DNA of 62,995 nt, the filler included, from Sanchytrium tribonematis (lineage: Eukaryota), in NCBI GenBank assembly GCA_018985235.1. It is 10 parts of 10 records of this genome, joined end to end, with 100 filler letters (N's around TTAATTAATTAA, not from the genome) between each part and the next. Parts side by side here need not be neighbours in the genome. Positions count along the whole stretch, not along the records: positions 50,336 to 54,504 come from JADGIG010000755.1; positions 54,605 to 58,761 come from JADGIG010000756.1; positions 58,862 to 62,995 come from JADGIG010000757.1; 7 more parts are not named here. One strand, 5' to 3'. The notes under the pieces are model-generated. The model was given only the letters and a program-made list of their open reading frames with translations. It was not told the origin of the DNA and searched no databases. Made by a program: the position numbers and the translations under genes. Positions 53,608 to 62,995 of this stretch are shown in pieces. Each line of letters opens with the position of its first letter. Position 1 is the first letter of the stretch.

Positions 53608-54306
53608 TTATTTTTCTGCGCCATAAATCATAGCATATCCCTGAACATCTCTCACATAAAATTGACGGAATAAATTTGGAATATTCATGTTTATCCAAGT
53701 ATTTTTGTTTAAATCATATTTGTATATCTTGCCAGTATCAGTGAGTGCATATATATTGGTACCAGCTAGTTGAATCTGAGTAAATCTTATGGATTTGTTT
53801 GAATGTAATATTTTCAAATCATCACCAAATTGACATTTGATACATCCATCTGATTTTAAAATGCAATAATTTCCATTTATATCCATGGAAGATGATTTGA
53901 CATGAGTATCGATGGCTCTAGACCACTGGATTTGTGGATATTTGGAAATATAAAATAAACCATCAACTCCAATTCCACTGATTTGATCACCTGCCAGATT
54001 GATTTGTTGTAAATCACCATTAATTTGATTCCAATTGCCATTTGGTAAATTCGAATTGCACCAAATTTGATGATTTAATTTGGTAATGCAGATATTTCGA
54101 CCATTAATGGAAATAGTATCCACCTGTTCAATATTTGAGATCAAATCCCACTTTCTAACATATGCAATGGTCGTATCCATGCAAAATATTTGATTGAATT
54201 TGTTGGTGGCGCAAATGAAAGAGTCAGATGCCACATATTGGATACCATTTTCTAATTTATAGTTGGAAATGATGGAATTCATTATTTGTTGGTCATTGGA
54301 ATTCAT
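53608..54306 (-). CDS. Tectonin-like beta-propeller lectin, paralog 3
   Basis: WNQINGDLQQINLAGDQISGIGVDGLFY matches the tectonin blade consensus; 232 aa is about six blades. Confidence 0.78.
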   Translation of the reverse strand: MNSNDQQIMNSIISNYKLENGIQYVASDSFICATNKFNQIFCMDTTIAYVRKWDLISNIEQVDTISINGRNICITKLNHQIWCNSNLPNGNWNQINGDLQQINLAGDQISGIGVDGLFYISKYPQIQWSRAIDTHVKSSSMDINGNYCILKSDGCIKCQFGDDLKILHSNKSIRFTQIQLAGTNIYALTDTGKIYKYDLNKNTWINMNIPNLFRQFYVRDVQGYAMIYGAEK

Positions 54307-54504
54307 TTATAGTTTAGAGATGGGTTTTGAGTGGTTCGCGGGTCTGAGATTATCTTGTAATTAATTGTTTTGCAGAACAAAGGGGTGTTTGATTGGTTTT
54401 AAAATATTTTAATGAAATGACTGTTTTGCAGTGAATAGAATTTAACACGTGCACGAGTGCGTTAAATACATGATGGAAATTGTAATGTTTTTAAAATTAT
54501 TTAT

Positions 54505-54604
54505 NNNNNNNNNNNNNNNNNNNNNNNNNNNNNNNNNNNNNNNNNNNNTTAATTAATTAANNNNNNNNNNNNNNNNNNNNNNNNNNNNNNNNNNNNNNNN
54601 NNNN
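54505..54604. other. Artificial contig spacer
   Basis: N44-TTAATTAATTAA-N44. Confidence 0.98.
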
Positions 54605-54605
54605 T

Positions 54606-56856
54606 TTAGATGAAGCCATAAAATCTGATGCTAAATTGGCAGAGTTAGACTCGATCATGAAATCTGGCAACAATTTGTTGACATCTAAATTGATTAGCAC
54701 TTGTTTACCTAATGGTCTTCAAAAAGCTTTTCCAGAAAATGGTTTTCAACTAATGACTGGTACTGGTGCTAAAGGTTCGAACGTTAATGCTAGCCAAATT
54801 AGTTGTTGCCTAGGACAACAAGAACTCGAAGGTAGACGACCACCCATTATGCAAAGTGGGAAATCATTACCTAGTTTCCGAGCAAAAGATATACATCCGA
54901 GAGCTGGTGGATTTATAGCAGACAGATTTTTGAGCGGTATAAGACCTCAGGAATACTACTATCATTGTATGGCAGGAAGGGTATTTTTCTTTAATTTAGG
55001 AAGGTCTGATCGATACAGCCGTCAAAACTGCTAGATCGGGATATTTACAAAGATGTTTGATAAAGCATTTGGAAGGGTGCTCCGTTGCCTATGATAATAC
55101 TGTTAGAGATACCTCCGACAAAAATGGAGCTGTAATACAATTCTTATATGGAGAAGACGGTTTGGATGTTATGAAATCAAATGGTATAAACGACTTGGAG
55201 TTTTTGAAATCAAATTACAAATCCATGAAATCCGCCAATCAAGACGATGTTGTGAGAAAATTGCCAAGCAATGGTAAAATAGAAAAACAAATGGCGAAAT
55301 CCTTGAAAAAGAAACACAAGTATGATCCATGTATTAACATTTATTCCCCGTCTCAAAATCTAGGCAGCACAAGCGAAAAATTTAATGAAGCATTGACCAG
55401 TTTCTCTAATGATGAGTCTTTTAAAACTTTTATGAATCTTCAATACATGAAGGCCCTTGCAGAACCAGCAGAAAGTGTTGGCATATTGGCAGCTCAATCT
55501 ATAGGCGAGCCCAGTACACAAATGACGCTGAATACCTTTCATTTTGCTGGATTTGGTGCAAAAAATGTCACACTCGGTATCCCACGATTAAGAGAAATTC
55601 TCATGACCGCTAGTGCAAATATAAAAACCCCTATGATGCAAGTCAAGGTTTTAAATGAAGTCAGTGACAGAAAACTCGATCGATTTGTGAAGTCCTTAAA
55701 GAAGATTCAGTTTGCAAATATTGTACAAAAGATTACTGTTAATGAAAGCTTAAAGTATACATCGCATGACAAAATGAGGCAGTATGATATTAAAATTGAA
55801 TTGCTCAACAAAAAAACCTGCAAACAAATTTATAACCTCAAATTGGACGATGTTTTAGATTGTCTTGAAAAACGACTTGTACCTAATTTGATTCAACTAA
55901 TTAACAAAACATTGAAATCTAAAGAAAAAATTAGCATAGAGGTTCAAGGCGAAGAAGAGGACGCTCTAATGGAAGGTTTGGAAGAAATTATCAATGATGA
56001 AATTGGTGCCGAAAAGATTGAAGATGAAAATGACGAAGCCATAGAGGATAAAAAACAGGATGTGGAATACGAGGATAATGAAGACGTGGAAATGGTAGAT
56101 TCTGATCATGGAAATGAAGCTGTTTTGAAAGAATTTGAGAAGAAAACAGCGGAGGATATTGACGAGCTTTTGGTTGCTTCTGCTCGCAGAAATTTGACTA
56201 CCAAATTTGAATACGTTTCAGAATTTGACTATGATAACAAAAAGGGTACTTTTTGCAGCTTGTCAATTAGCATTCCTAATGAAAAAATTACAAAAGCCTT
56301 AAAGTCTGTAAATTCCTTCAAACTGATGCCGCTGCTAGAGACAGTTTGTCACAAAGTAGTTTGCAGACAGGTTCCTGGCGTATACAAAGCATATGAAAGC
56401 AAGAATGTGGCAGGAGAAAAAATAGTCGTAGTAGAAGGAAATAATTTAAAGGCGTTGTGGTCTTTTGCGGAAATTATAGATATTAATGATATTTACACAA
56501 ATGACATCGCAGCAGTATTGAAGGTTTATGGTGCTGAAGCAGCTCGACAAGCTATTGTTAAAGAAATTTCCCAAGTCTTCGATGTTTATGGAATTGCAGT
56601 TGATATAAGACACTTGTTTTTAATTGCAGACTATATGACGAGGGAAGGTGGATTTCAACCATTTAATAGAATAGGTTTGGCAAAACATCCTTCGCCAATG
56701 CTGAAAATGTCATTTGAAACAACTTGCCAAGTTTTGCAAGACACAGTCATGTTTAATGGTAAAGACAATGGCAAAAGTCCAAGTTCTAAGCTGGTTCTTG
56801 GAGATATTGTAGGTTCCGGAACTGGGAGTTTTGATATAATGGTGGAAAGTAAATGA
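54606..56856 (+). CDS. RPA1: RNA polymerase I largest subunit, 5' truncated; exons <54606-54980 and 55000-56856
   Basis: [25 protein letters not shown]; spliced bridge helix [45 protein letters not shown]; acidic Pol I expander region; no CTD. Confidence 0.97.
54981..54999 (+). other. 19-nt GT-AG intron in the RPA1 bridge helix
   Basis: gtatttttctttaatttag; exact removal restores the invariant [14 protein letters not shown]. Confidence 0.95.
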
Positions 56857-56862
56857 GATTTA

Positions 56863-58761
56863 TTATATTTTTTCGTATTTTCCTATATATCTTTTATCAG
56901 CCCAAGCAAGCCTGCCAATACTAATTTTTTCATGTAACTTTTGGCTGTTGGTGGGCCTTTTGATGAGAAATGAAATGGAATGTGCACCACCATAACTATT
57001 GAAGGATAGTGGGAATAGACGGGCAGATTCATCAATCTCATCCAAATATTCTGTATTCTCTAAATTTTTGACTTTTTTGGTTGTGAGCGAGACTTGGTAT
57101 CTCTTGATTTTGATCGGAGGGCCATCCTCTTGGTGTTGGTTCTGATGCATATTTCTGATAGTCCTATATCTGTAACCAATATATAAGATAGATGCCATTA
57201 ATATGCCAATAAAAGAGCTCATGATTGTAAACAAAACAATTTCTACGGTATTTCCATTTCCACAATATCCTATATTTCTGACCTGCTGTACTCTCAGCTC
57301 CCCGATTAACGGCGTACTGTAATTGTGGCTGAGCTTGAAAAAGAGTGGGCCAATATACCAGTCCATTTCACTACCCAAAATATTGATTTCTGGATTCATT
57401 GATGTGAGAGAGTTTGTATTTCTTAAAAAGTATGGTACACTTTGAAGTTTAAAATCTACTGGATACAAAAACCTACTTTGTATACTAATGTCTGAGCAAC
57501 TATCTTCCAAATAATCGAGCCGTATCCACAAACCTTCCGTTGGGATACGTATTTCGTATCGCTTGTCAGGCTCAATTGTTTTATGTAAAGGGCATTCGTT
57601 TAATATGCGAAAACTAAATTCTTTTGAATATCCTGTGGTTGAACAGATATCATTAGACCACCCACATCCCGGGGAAGAATTACAGGAGAAGCAGTCATAT
57701 TGCAAATTGCAATAGTCAACTAAGTTAAAAAAATATACAATTTGTACAGTTATTGTGAAGTGATCTTGTTATATTCAATTTGCTGGATGAATTTTCGTAA
57801 TTGAAAAGTCTCTTTCCAGGACCCTCGTATAATTGCTCATCTTTAACAAACAAGCGAGATCCTCTTTTAGGAATTAAATCAATAGTTTCAAGAGAGAGAC
57901 ACCTTTCATCGAATAAAAAATATGCACTGATTGCTGAGGATTCTTTAGAGCTCATCCGAAATGGACTGACGACCTGTCCAATAGTATAGTTCTTATATGA
58001 AATGTAATGATTGTAAAAGACATTTGGATTTTTAATGGTGGTCTGGAACCAAATTCTGGAGCTTTTTGAATAGAACCAGATATTGCTCATGAACACAATG
58101 AGAAGATCAGGGTTTATGGCAGATTGTTGTATGCCATATATAATACCCCTAGGTACTCTACTTAGTCGATTTAAAGTTATCTTGTCATTCGAGTCGATTA
58201 AAACATCAAAGATCCCGCTAGATGTATCAGCTAGAACTAAGCTATTGTTAAAGTAAGTATATGTGAAGAAACCATTATTATAATGATATATTTGCTTCCA
58301 ACCGTTTTCACTGTAAACTGATATGTTGGAATTAAAATTTTGGTCAAAATATGCATACTGAAAAGGTTCCCAAAAATCATACTGTCCACCAATTAATATG
58401 TCTGTATTATTTAAAGTAAATGTATCATGTAAAAATAGACTTGGTGTAGTATAATTAATTAATGTTCCTGAATGTGTAATGGAAAAGTTAAACATTTGCA
58501 TATTTGCTCTTCCACCAATTAAATAAATACTATTGTTTTTTTCCAATAAAGAGTAGTCGAGCTGTTCAAATCTGTTAGAATTACAAAGATTAACGTCATT
58601 GTTTGAATTTGATGTGCTGTTCGATTCCACCTCCAATACAAGATCCGCACCACTAGTAATATTTACAAAGCAAACTGGTTTTTCTATGTAGTCTACACAA
58701 ACTGTGTAGTTTTGCGAATGGCACATTGAACCATTTTTAGAAGCATTCAATGCAATCCTGT
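56863..58761 (-). CDS. Attractin-like single-pass surface glycoprotein (kelch-like repeats, PSI domain, TM), 5' truncated; exons >58761-57739 and 57719-56863
   Basis: Kelch-like IYLIGG and ILIGG; many NxS/T sequons; PSI-like CNLQYDCFSCNSSPGCGWSNDIC; TM IVLFTIMSSFIGILMASILYIGY. Confidence 0.65.
57720..57738 (-). other. 19-nt GT-AG intron
   Basis: gtatatttttttaacttag, phase 1; joins ORFs 57725-58750 and 56863-57705 in frame. Confidence 0.85.
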
Positions 58762-58861
58762 NNNNNNNNNNNNNNNNNNNNNNNNNNNNNNNNNNNNNNN
58801 NNNNNTTAATTAATTAANNNNNNNNNNNNNNNNNNNNNNNNNNNNNNNNNNNNNNNNNNNN
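58762..58861. other. Artificial contig spacer
   Basis: N44-TTAATTAATTAA-N44. Confidence 0.98.
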
Positions 58862-59813
58862 CTGCATAAAGCCGGCTCTATATTGAGCAAAATGGCGGAC
58901 ATGAGTAGATTCAATCAAATCTGCCATATTGTCACTTATTAAAAGTCTCCTAAGCTTAGGAACATCTGTCTGTGTATCATCATCCACTAAATTAGTAAGA
59001 ATTACATTTAATCGAGCCCCAACTATATTTACGCACAGGAGCACTCTTTCCAGTCTTATCTTTAATGCTTTCATTAGCACCCACTACAGCATAGGGATAA
59101 TGTTGCAAAATGTCTGAAACTTGATCTTTTCCTTCGCCTGAATTCCAAGGATATACTGGAATCTCAAATTCCTTTAATGAAGCAAGAATTGATTCTTTGA
59201 ATTTTGTTAATTCGTCGGGTGTAAATGCATCTCCCTTTGAAATTACAGGTATTACATTACACCAATTTGAAAGTGTTTTCAAGGCAAGCACATCGAGTTC
59301 TTTCAAACCATGTCCTGTAGGAGGGATAAAATAAAGTATACAGTGAATTCTGGTATCTTGTATATGTTTTCTTTCAGTGGACCTCTCAATATTCAAATGA
59401 CTTTCGTATTGTGCCTTTATATACGCCAAAATTGGTTCGAGATCTGATGATCGATTCAGTGTTAAGCCAAAACCTACTGTATCAAGTAGAGTTAGCCGCA
59501 ATTTAACACCATTTTCTTGTAATAATTGTTCAAATTGTTGCATTTGAATGGTCTTGGCAGGTCTGCTCGAATGAAGTAAAATATTGGTATGAAAGAGAGA
59601 ATTAATGAAAGTAGATTTCCCAAGACCTGTTTCGCCGACTATCATCAAATTGAATGTGTATTCTTTACATTTTGCTTGCTTTAAGGCATGTTCGCTAAAT
59701 GCTTCTATTCCAACCGGGCCTCTTAAAGAAATTTGTTGGTAGTCAGTAGGTGCATCTTGTGGATTTGCGGATCCAAATCGACCTTTATGTTGAAGAGCAT
59801 ATTCCAAAGGCAT
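58862..59813 (-). CDS. Septin, 3' truncated; exons 59813-59006 and 58986-<58862
   Basis: FNLMIVGETGLGKSTFINSLF, DTVGFG, DTRIHCILYFIPPTGHGL, NVIPVISKGD; spliced septin-unique element RKYSWGSIKLDDDTQTDVPKLRRLLI...HFAQYR. Confidence 0.94.
58987..59005 (-). other. 19-nt GT-AG intron
   Basis: gtaattcttactaatttag (contains CTAAT), phase 1; restores the septin-unique element. Confidence 0.92.
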
Positions 59814-59834
59814 TTTCAATTTGTTTCAAAAAAT

Positions 59835-62258
59835 TTATTCTTTCTTATTCGCTTCACTCAATTCATTTTCAAGTTCTGCCTCATTTTTCGCTGCTTGATT
59901 AGAAATATTTTTTATCCGCTCGTCTAATTGTATTTCTTCATCGTTTGAGCTGTCTTTTCGCTCGCGGAATTGCTTATCTTTTTTATAAACCAGCGATAAT
60001 TGATCGTTGAGCACATTTAGACCAAATCTTTTAAGTATCCTAGGCATATTCACACGATATAGCATGTGTCCATCTACGATATCTGACAAATCCACATTTT
60101 CTATTCCAGCCTGGTTGACACCTCCAAGCCCGGCAACACTAAATAATCCACCGCTTGTTGCTCTGAACAGATATCCCAAGATCCAGTCATTACGTGCATA
60201 GCCATTAACAAATCTACCACTGACTACCGAAGTAATGGATTCCCATTGTGACTTGCTAGCAGTCACGGGACATCCTGCTAAGAATACATTTTCAACAATA
60301 CCGTAGGCATGATTTCGTTGCAGTTCTTCTAGACAAAAATATATCACTCTAGCTCCCAGAGAATAACCGACAAGACTTATGGGTCTACCATCTTGAAATT
60401 GTCTTATAAGTTTGTCTGCCAAGATGTATCCAGCTTTTTGAGCTCTGTCTAACGCATTACTCCAAGGATTATCTATCAAATAGCCAAGTTTTGACAAGGC
60501 TATTGGCCAAGATAAAAATGCGACAAAAGAACTCATCATTGTAAGAGCGAGTGCTTGCTGAACAGTGCTAGAAATAACCTCCGAAGCCAAAATTTTAAAA
60601 ATACTTCCAAGTTCTCTCAACATATTTGATTCCCACATAATAGAAACATGATCACCTTCTTCAGGGGCTAACGGGAAGAACGGCAAGGCAATGTCTGAGT
60701 CCTCTCTGTCTCCCGCACTTAGCCAACCGCCTACTGATATGGTAAGTGAAACTTGCCTTTCATGAAGTACAGTGTAAAATTCAAATTGAGTGATGTTCTT
60801 AGTTCTTTTAGCCATTCCATTCGCCCCCATAATTGAACCCACTATTCCGGTACTTCCACCAACAGCAAGGCCACCCGCTGTTGAGCCAAGAAAAGCTCCG
60901 CCGCCGGTCAATCCTATTTTGGCCAGACCAACAGCTAATAAAGGAGCCGCTAAACCTCCGCTGACACCGATAGTTATACCACCAGCAACGCTTGCCAATC
61001 CAATTGCAATGTATCTCCTTTTCTTATCTTTATTTTCTCTTGCCTCCAGGTCTTGCTTAGAGTATTCTTTGTTGTCGTCTAGTTCCGCAATGTATCTAAG
61101 CTTTTCTGCAACAACTCTCTCAATCCAAAGTACATCACTTCTAGGTACACTGAGAAGTCTTGATAATCTAAACAAAAGAGCTCTTGAACGAGCATCGTAA
61201 GAGTAATCTGAGATTAGAGCTAAAAATAAATCAGTCAGCATGGTGTGACGTATATCCGTAGCATCTGGCTCAATGTATTTAGTAATATTGCTTAGATCTT
61301 TTCGCTCACTTGGTTTGTATAAAATTTCAGGAACAATCGAGGACTCTGTCGGGCTTTCAAGAGACTGGGGACTAGGCGGTGTCTGTAGCTCTTCTTGAGA
61401 ATCAACGTGGCGATAATAGTTCTCCTCTTTTTTTGATTCCTCAGCCAATTCTTTTTCAATGTCAAGGCAACTGTCCTCCATCATAGCTATCTTCATTTTA
61501 TTATAATTAAAATCTCTTTCCCACGCTATTTTGTCTTTAATATCTTGAGGTATAATGCTCTCAGCAATGTCGATGGCCATTACATCGTGAGAACTCATTG
61601 CTTTAATCATTTGCCTTTCCTCAGGACCGATATTTAAATGTTTGAACAATTTTGACCGTATTTTGGTAGCCCAGTGATCAGAGCTTTCAAAAGCGAGGTT
61701 TTCCTTGGTTTGCTGGCTCCAAAACATGTAAGAATTTTCTTCTTTTTTCTTAGATAAATTAACACTAATTTCATTGAGCAATATACAAACTAAAGAGGCA
61801 TAGCCTATCAGTTCCATGGAAGAAAATTGTTCTGCGGTATTGCTTAAGATTTCTATCGCATTTGAAGATGCATTTTTGGAACTAGTTGGAGTCGACAATA
61901 CTGTTTGTATAAACGTATTTGAAACCGATGAATTTGGTGATATAGAATTATTTCTTACTCTTTCGGGAATAGCAACTATTATGTTTTCTTCAGCGTCAAA
62001 AAATTCGGTAGAACTACTATTTGCAGACTCTAACTTATTTACGCCCTTTTTTGGAGTTGTGTCATTACTTTTGGGTGCACTTTCAACTTTATCTGGTGAA
62101 CTTTCGTCAATTGTAGAATCTTTGGTGGAACCTTCATCACTATTCATATTAAGTTGCAAATATCCAATATCCTCATCTGATGAATTTGGCTGTTTCATCT
62201 CTTTATTCGAGCCCAAATCAACTTTTTCATTACTTTTTGACGCATTACGTTTGACCAT
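59835..62258 (-). CDS. DUF726/TMCO4 (Mil1-like) alpha/beta-hydrolase-fold membrane-associated protein
   Basis: YDARSRALL, GGITIGVSGGLAAP, IDNPWSNALDRA, RPISLVGYSLGARVI, VSGRFVNGY..NDWIL. Confidence 0.9.
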   Translation of the reverse strand: MVKRNASKSNEKVDLGSNKEMKQPNSSDEDIGYLQLNMNSDEGSTKDSTIDESSPDKVESAPKSNDTTPKKGVNKLESANSSSTEFFDAEENIIVAIPERVRNNSISPNSSVSNTFIQTVLSTPTSSKNASSNAIEILSNTAEQFSSMELIGYASLVCILLNEISVNLSKKKEENSYMFWSQQTKENLAFESSDHWATKIRSKLFKHLNIGPEERQMIKAMSSHDVMAIDIAESIIPQDIKDKIAWERDFNYNKMKIAMMEDSCLDIEKELAEESKKEENYYRHVDSQEELQTPPSPQSLESPTESSIVPEILYKPSERKDLSNITKYIEPDATDIRHTMLTDLFLALISDYSYDARSRALLFRLSRLLSVPRSDVLWIERVVAEKLRYIAELDDNKEYSKQDLEARENKDKKRRYIAIGLASVAGGITIGVSGGLAAPLLAVGLAKIGLTGGGAFLGSTAGGLAVGGSTGIVGSIMGANGMAKRTKNITQFEFYTVLHERQVSLTISVGGWLSAGDREDSDIALPFFPLAPEEGDHVSIMWESNMLRELGSIFKILASEVISSTVQQALALTMMSSFVAFLSWPIALSKLGYLIDNPWSNALDRAQKAGYILADKLIRQFQDGRPISLVGYSLGARVIYFCLEELQRNHAYGIVENVFLAGCPVTASKSQWESITSVVSGRFVNGYARNDWILGYLFRATSGGLFSVAGLGGVNQAGIENVDLSDIVDGHMLYRVNMPRILKRFGLNVLNDQLSLVYKKDKQFRERKDSSNDEEIQLDERIKNISNQAAKNEAELENELSEANKKE

Positions 62259-62487
62259 TTGTTAATATTTGAAATTCCATGTAATAGTTTTCAAAAGTGA
62301 AAGATCAAAAGAAATGATTGGAGAAAATACTTGATTGCAAATGCTCGAATCAAATTCTGAGAAGATAAATTTTTGGCTTGGTGAAGGCCAATACCTTAAA
62401 ATTGATAATACATACCCAAATAAATCTAGTTTTCAAGATTTTAAAAGAAACGTGTCCTTCCATATCTCCTTCAAACTAATTTGTACA

Positions 62488-62995
62488 ATGGTCAAAGTAT
62501 ACTCAGTAGATTTTGGCACTTGTGACACTAAACGATGCTCAGCAAGTAAGCTGGTCCGCAGTAAAAAAATAAAGCCAGTTAATCCAAGACACACGTGTAA
62601 AAGTATCACTCTGAGTCCCTTTGGAGAAAAAGCATTGTCTCCTGTTGATCGTGATTATGTCGTTAAATCTGGAATTGCCGTGCTAGATTGCTCATGGAAC
62701 CATGTAGAAGAATTACCGGTGAAATTTACTAGGGGAAGCTATAAAGACCGTTTACTACCTTTCTTGGTTAGTGCTAATCCAATTAATTATGGTAAAGCTT
62801 TTAAATTGAATTGTGCGGAAGCCTTGGCCGCAGGTTTGTATATTTTGAACTTCAAGGAAGAAGCCATAGATTTATTGGAAGGGTTTTCTTACCAAGATGC
62901 CTTTTGGGACCTTAATTTAGACTACTTAGAAAAGTATAGTTCTTGTCAAACTTCTTTGGAAGTAATTGAAGCTCAAACTTTTTTTATGAAAAAAT
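62488..62995 (+). CDS. TSR3: 18S rRNA aminocarboxypropyltransferase; 3' end runs off the window
   Basis: DFGTCDTKRCSASKL, LSPVD, GIAVLDCSW, RLLPFLVSANPINYGK..KLNCAEALAA. An in-frame upstream ATG at 62341 is an alternative start. Confidence 0.93.
   Translation, partial: MVKVYSVDFGTCDTKRCSASKLVRSKKIKPVNPRHTCKSITLSPFGEKALSPVDRDYVVKSGIAVLDCSWNHVEELPVKFTRGSYKDRLLPFLVSANPINYGKAFKLNCAEALAAGLYILNFKEEAIDLLEGFSYQDAFWDLNLDYLEKYSSCQTSLEVIEAQTFFMKK

Noticed and set aside
24439..58861. Nine regularly spaced TTAATTAATTAA palindromes flanked by N runs, resembling a repeat array or CRISPR
   Set aside because: Identical 100-nt synthetic spacers with six-frame stops joining contigs of steadily decreasing size; genes are cut at each one. 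Not biological.

Overview
Eukaryotic DNA, not prokaryotic. The window is a pseudomolecule of ten contigs (one of at least 24.4 kb, nine of about 4.1-4.2 kb) joined by artificial 100-nt N44-TTAATTAATTAA-N44 spacers, so gene order across spacers means nothing. Gene content points to a highly compacted, AT-rich zoosporic fungus or close early-diverging holomycotan: chitin synthase, White Collar-1-like LOV protein, fungal-type ubiquitin, septin, an axonemal outer-arm dynein and an RIIa-domain protein. The standard genetic code is used. Housekeeping genes include an uninterrupted cytoplasmic dynein heavy chain of more than 4,000 aa (missed by the ORF track), dynein LIC, TFIIB, ZPR1, V-ATPase e, ERGIC-53-like lectin, RPT2, COQ7, eRF1, PRP43, RPA1 and TSR3. 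The strongest signal is seven spliceosomal GT-AG introns of only 19-20 nt, several splitting invariant motifs, with the putative branch A almost fused to the acceptor. Other oddities: RPT2 and COQ7 start codons overlap in one CATG; dynein heavy and light-intermediate chains sit head-to-head 146 bp apart; microsporidia-like CCC/GGG upstream motifs; AATAAA fused to stop codons; signal peptides of only about 9-10 aa; three tandem paralog families (7TM proteins, orphan secreted proteins with identical leader DNA, tectonin-like propellers); and a Ty3/gypsy pol with a spacer of about 500 aa between RNase H and integrase. All family assignments come from motif recognition by eye; no searches were run.
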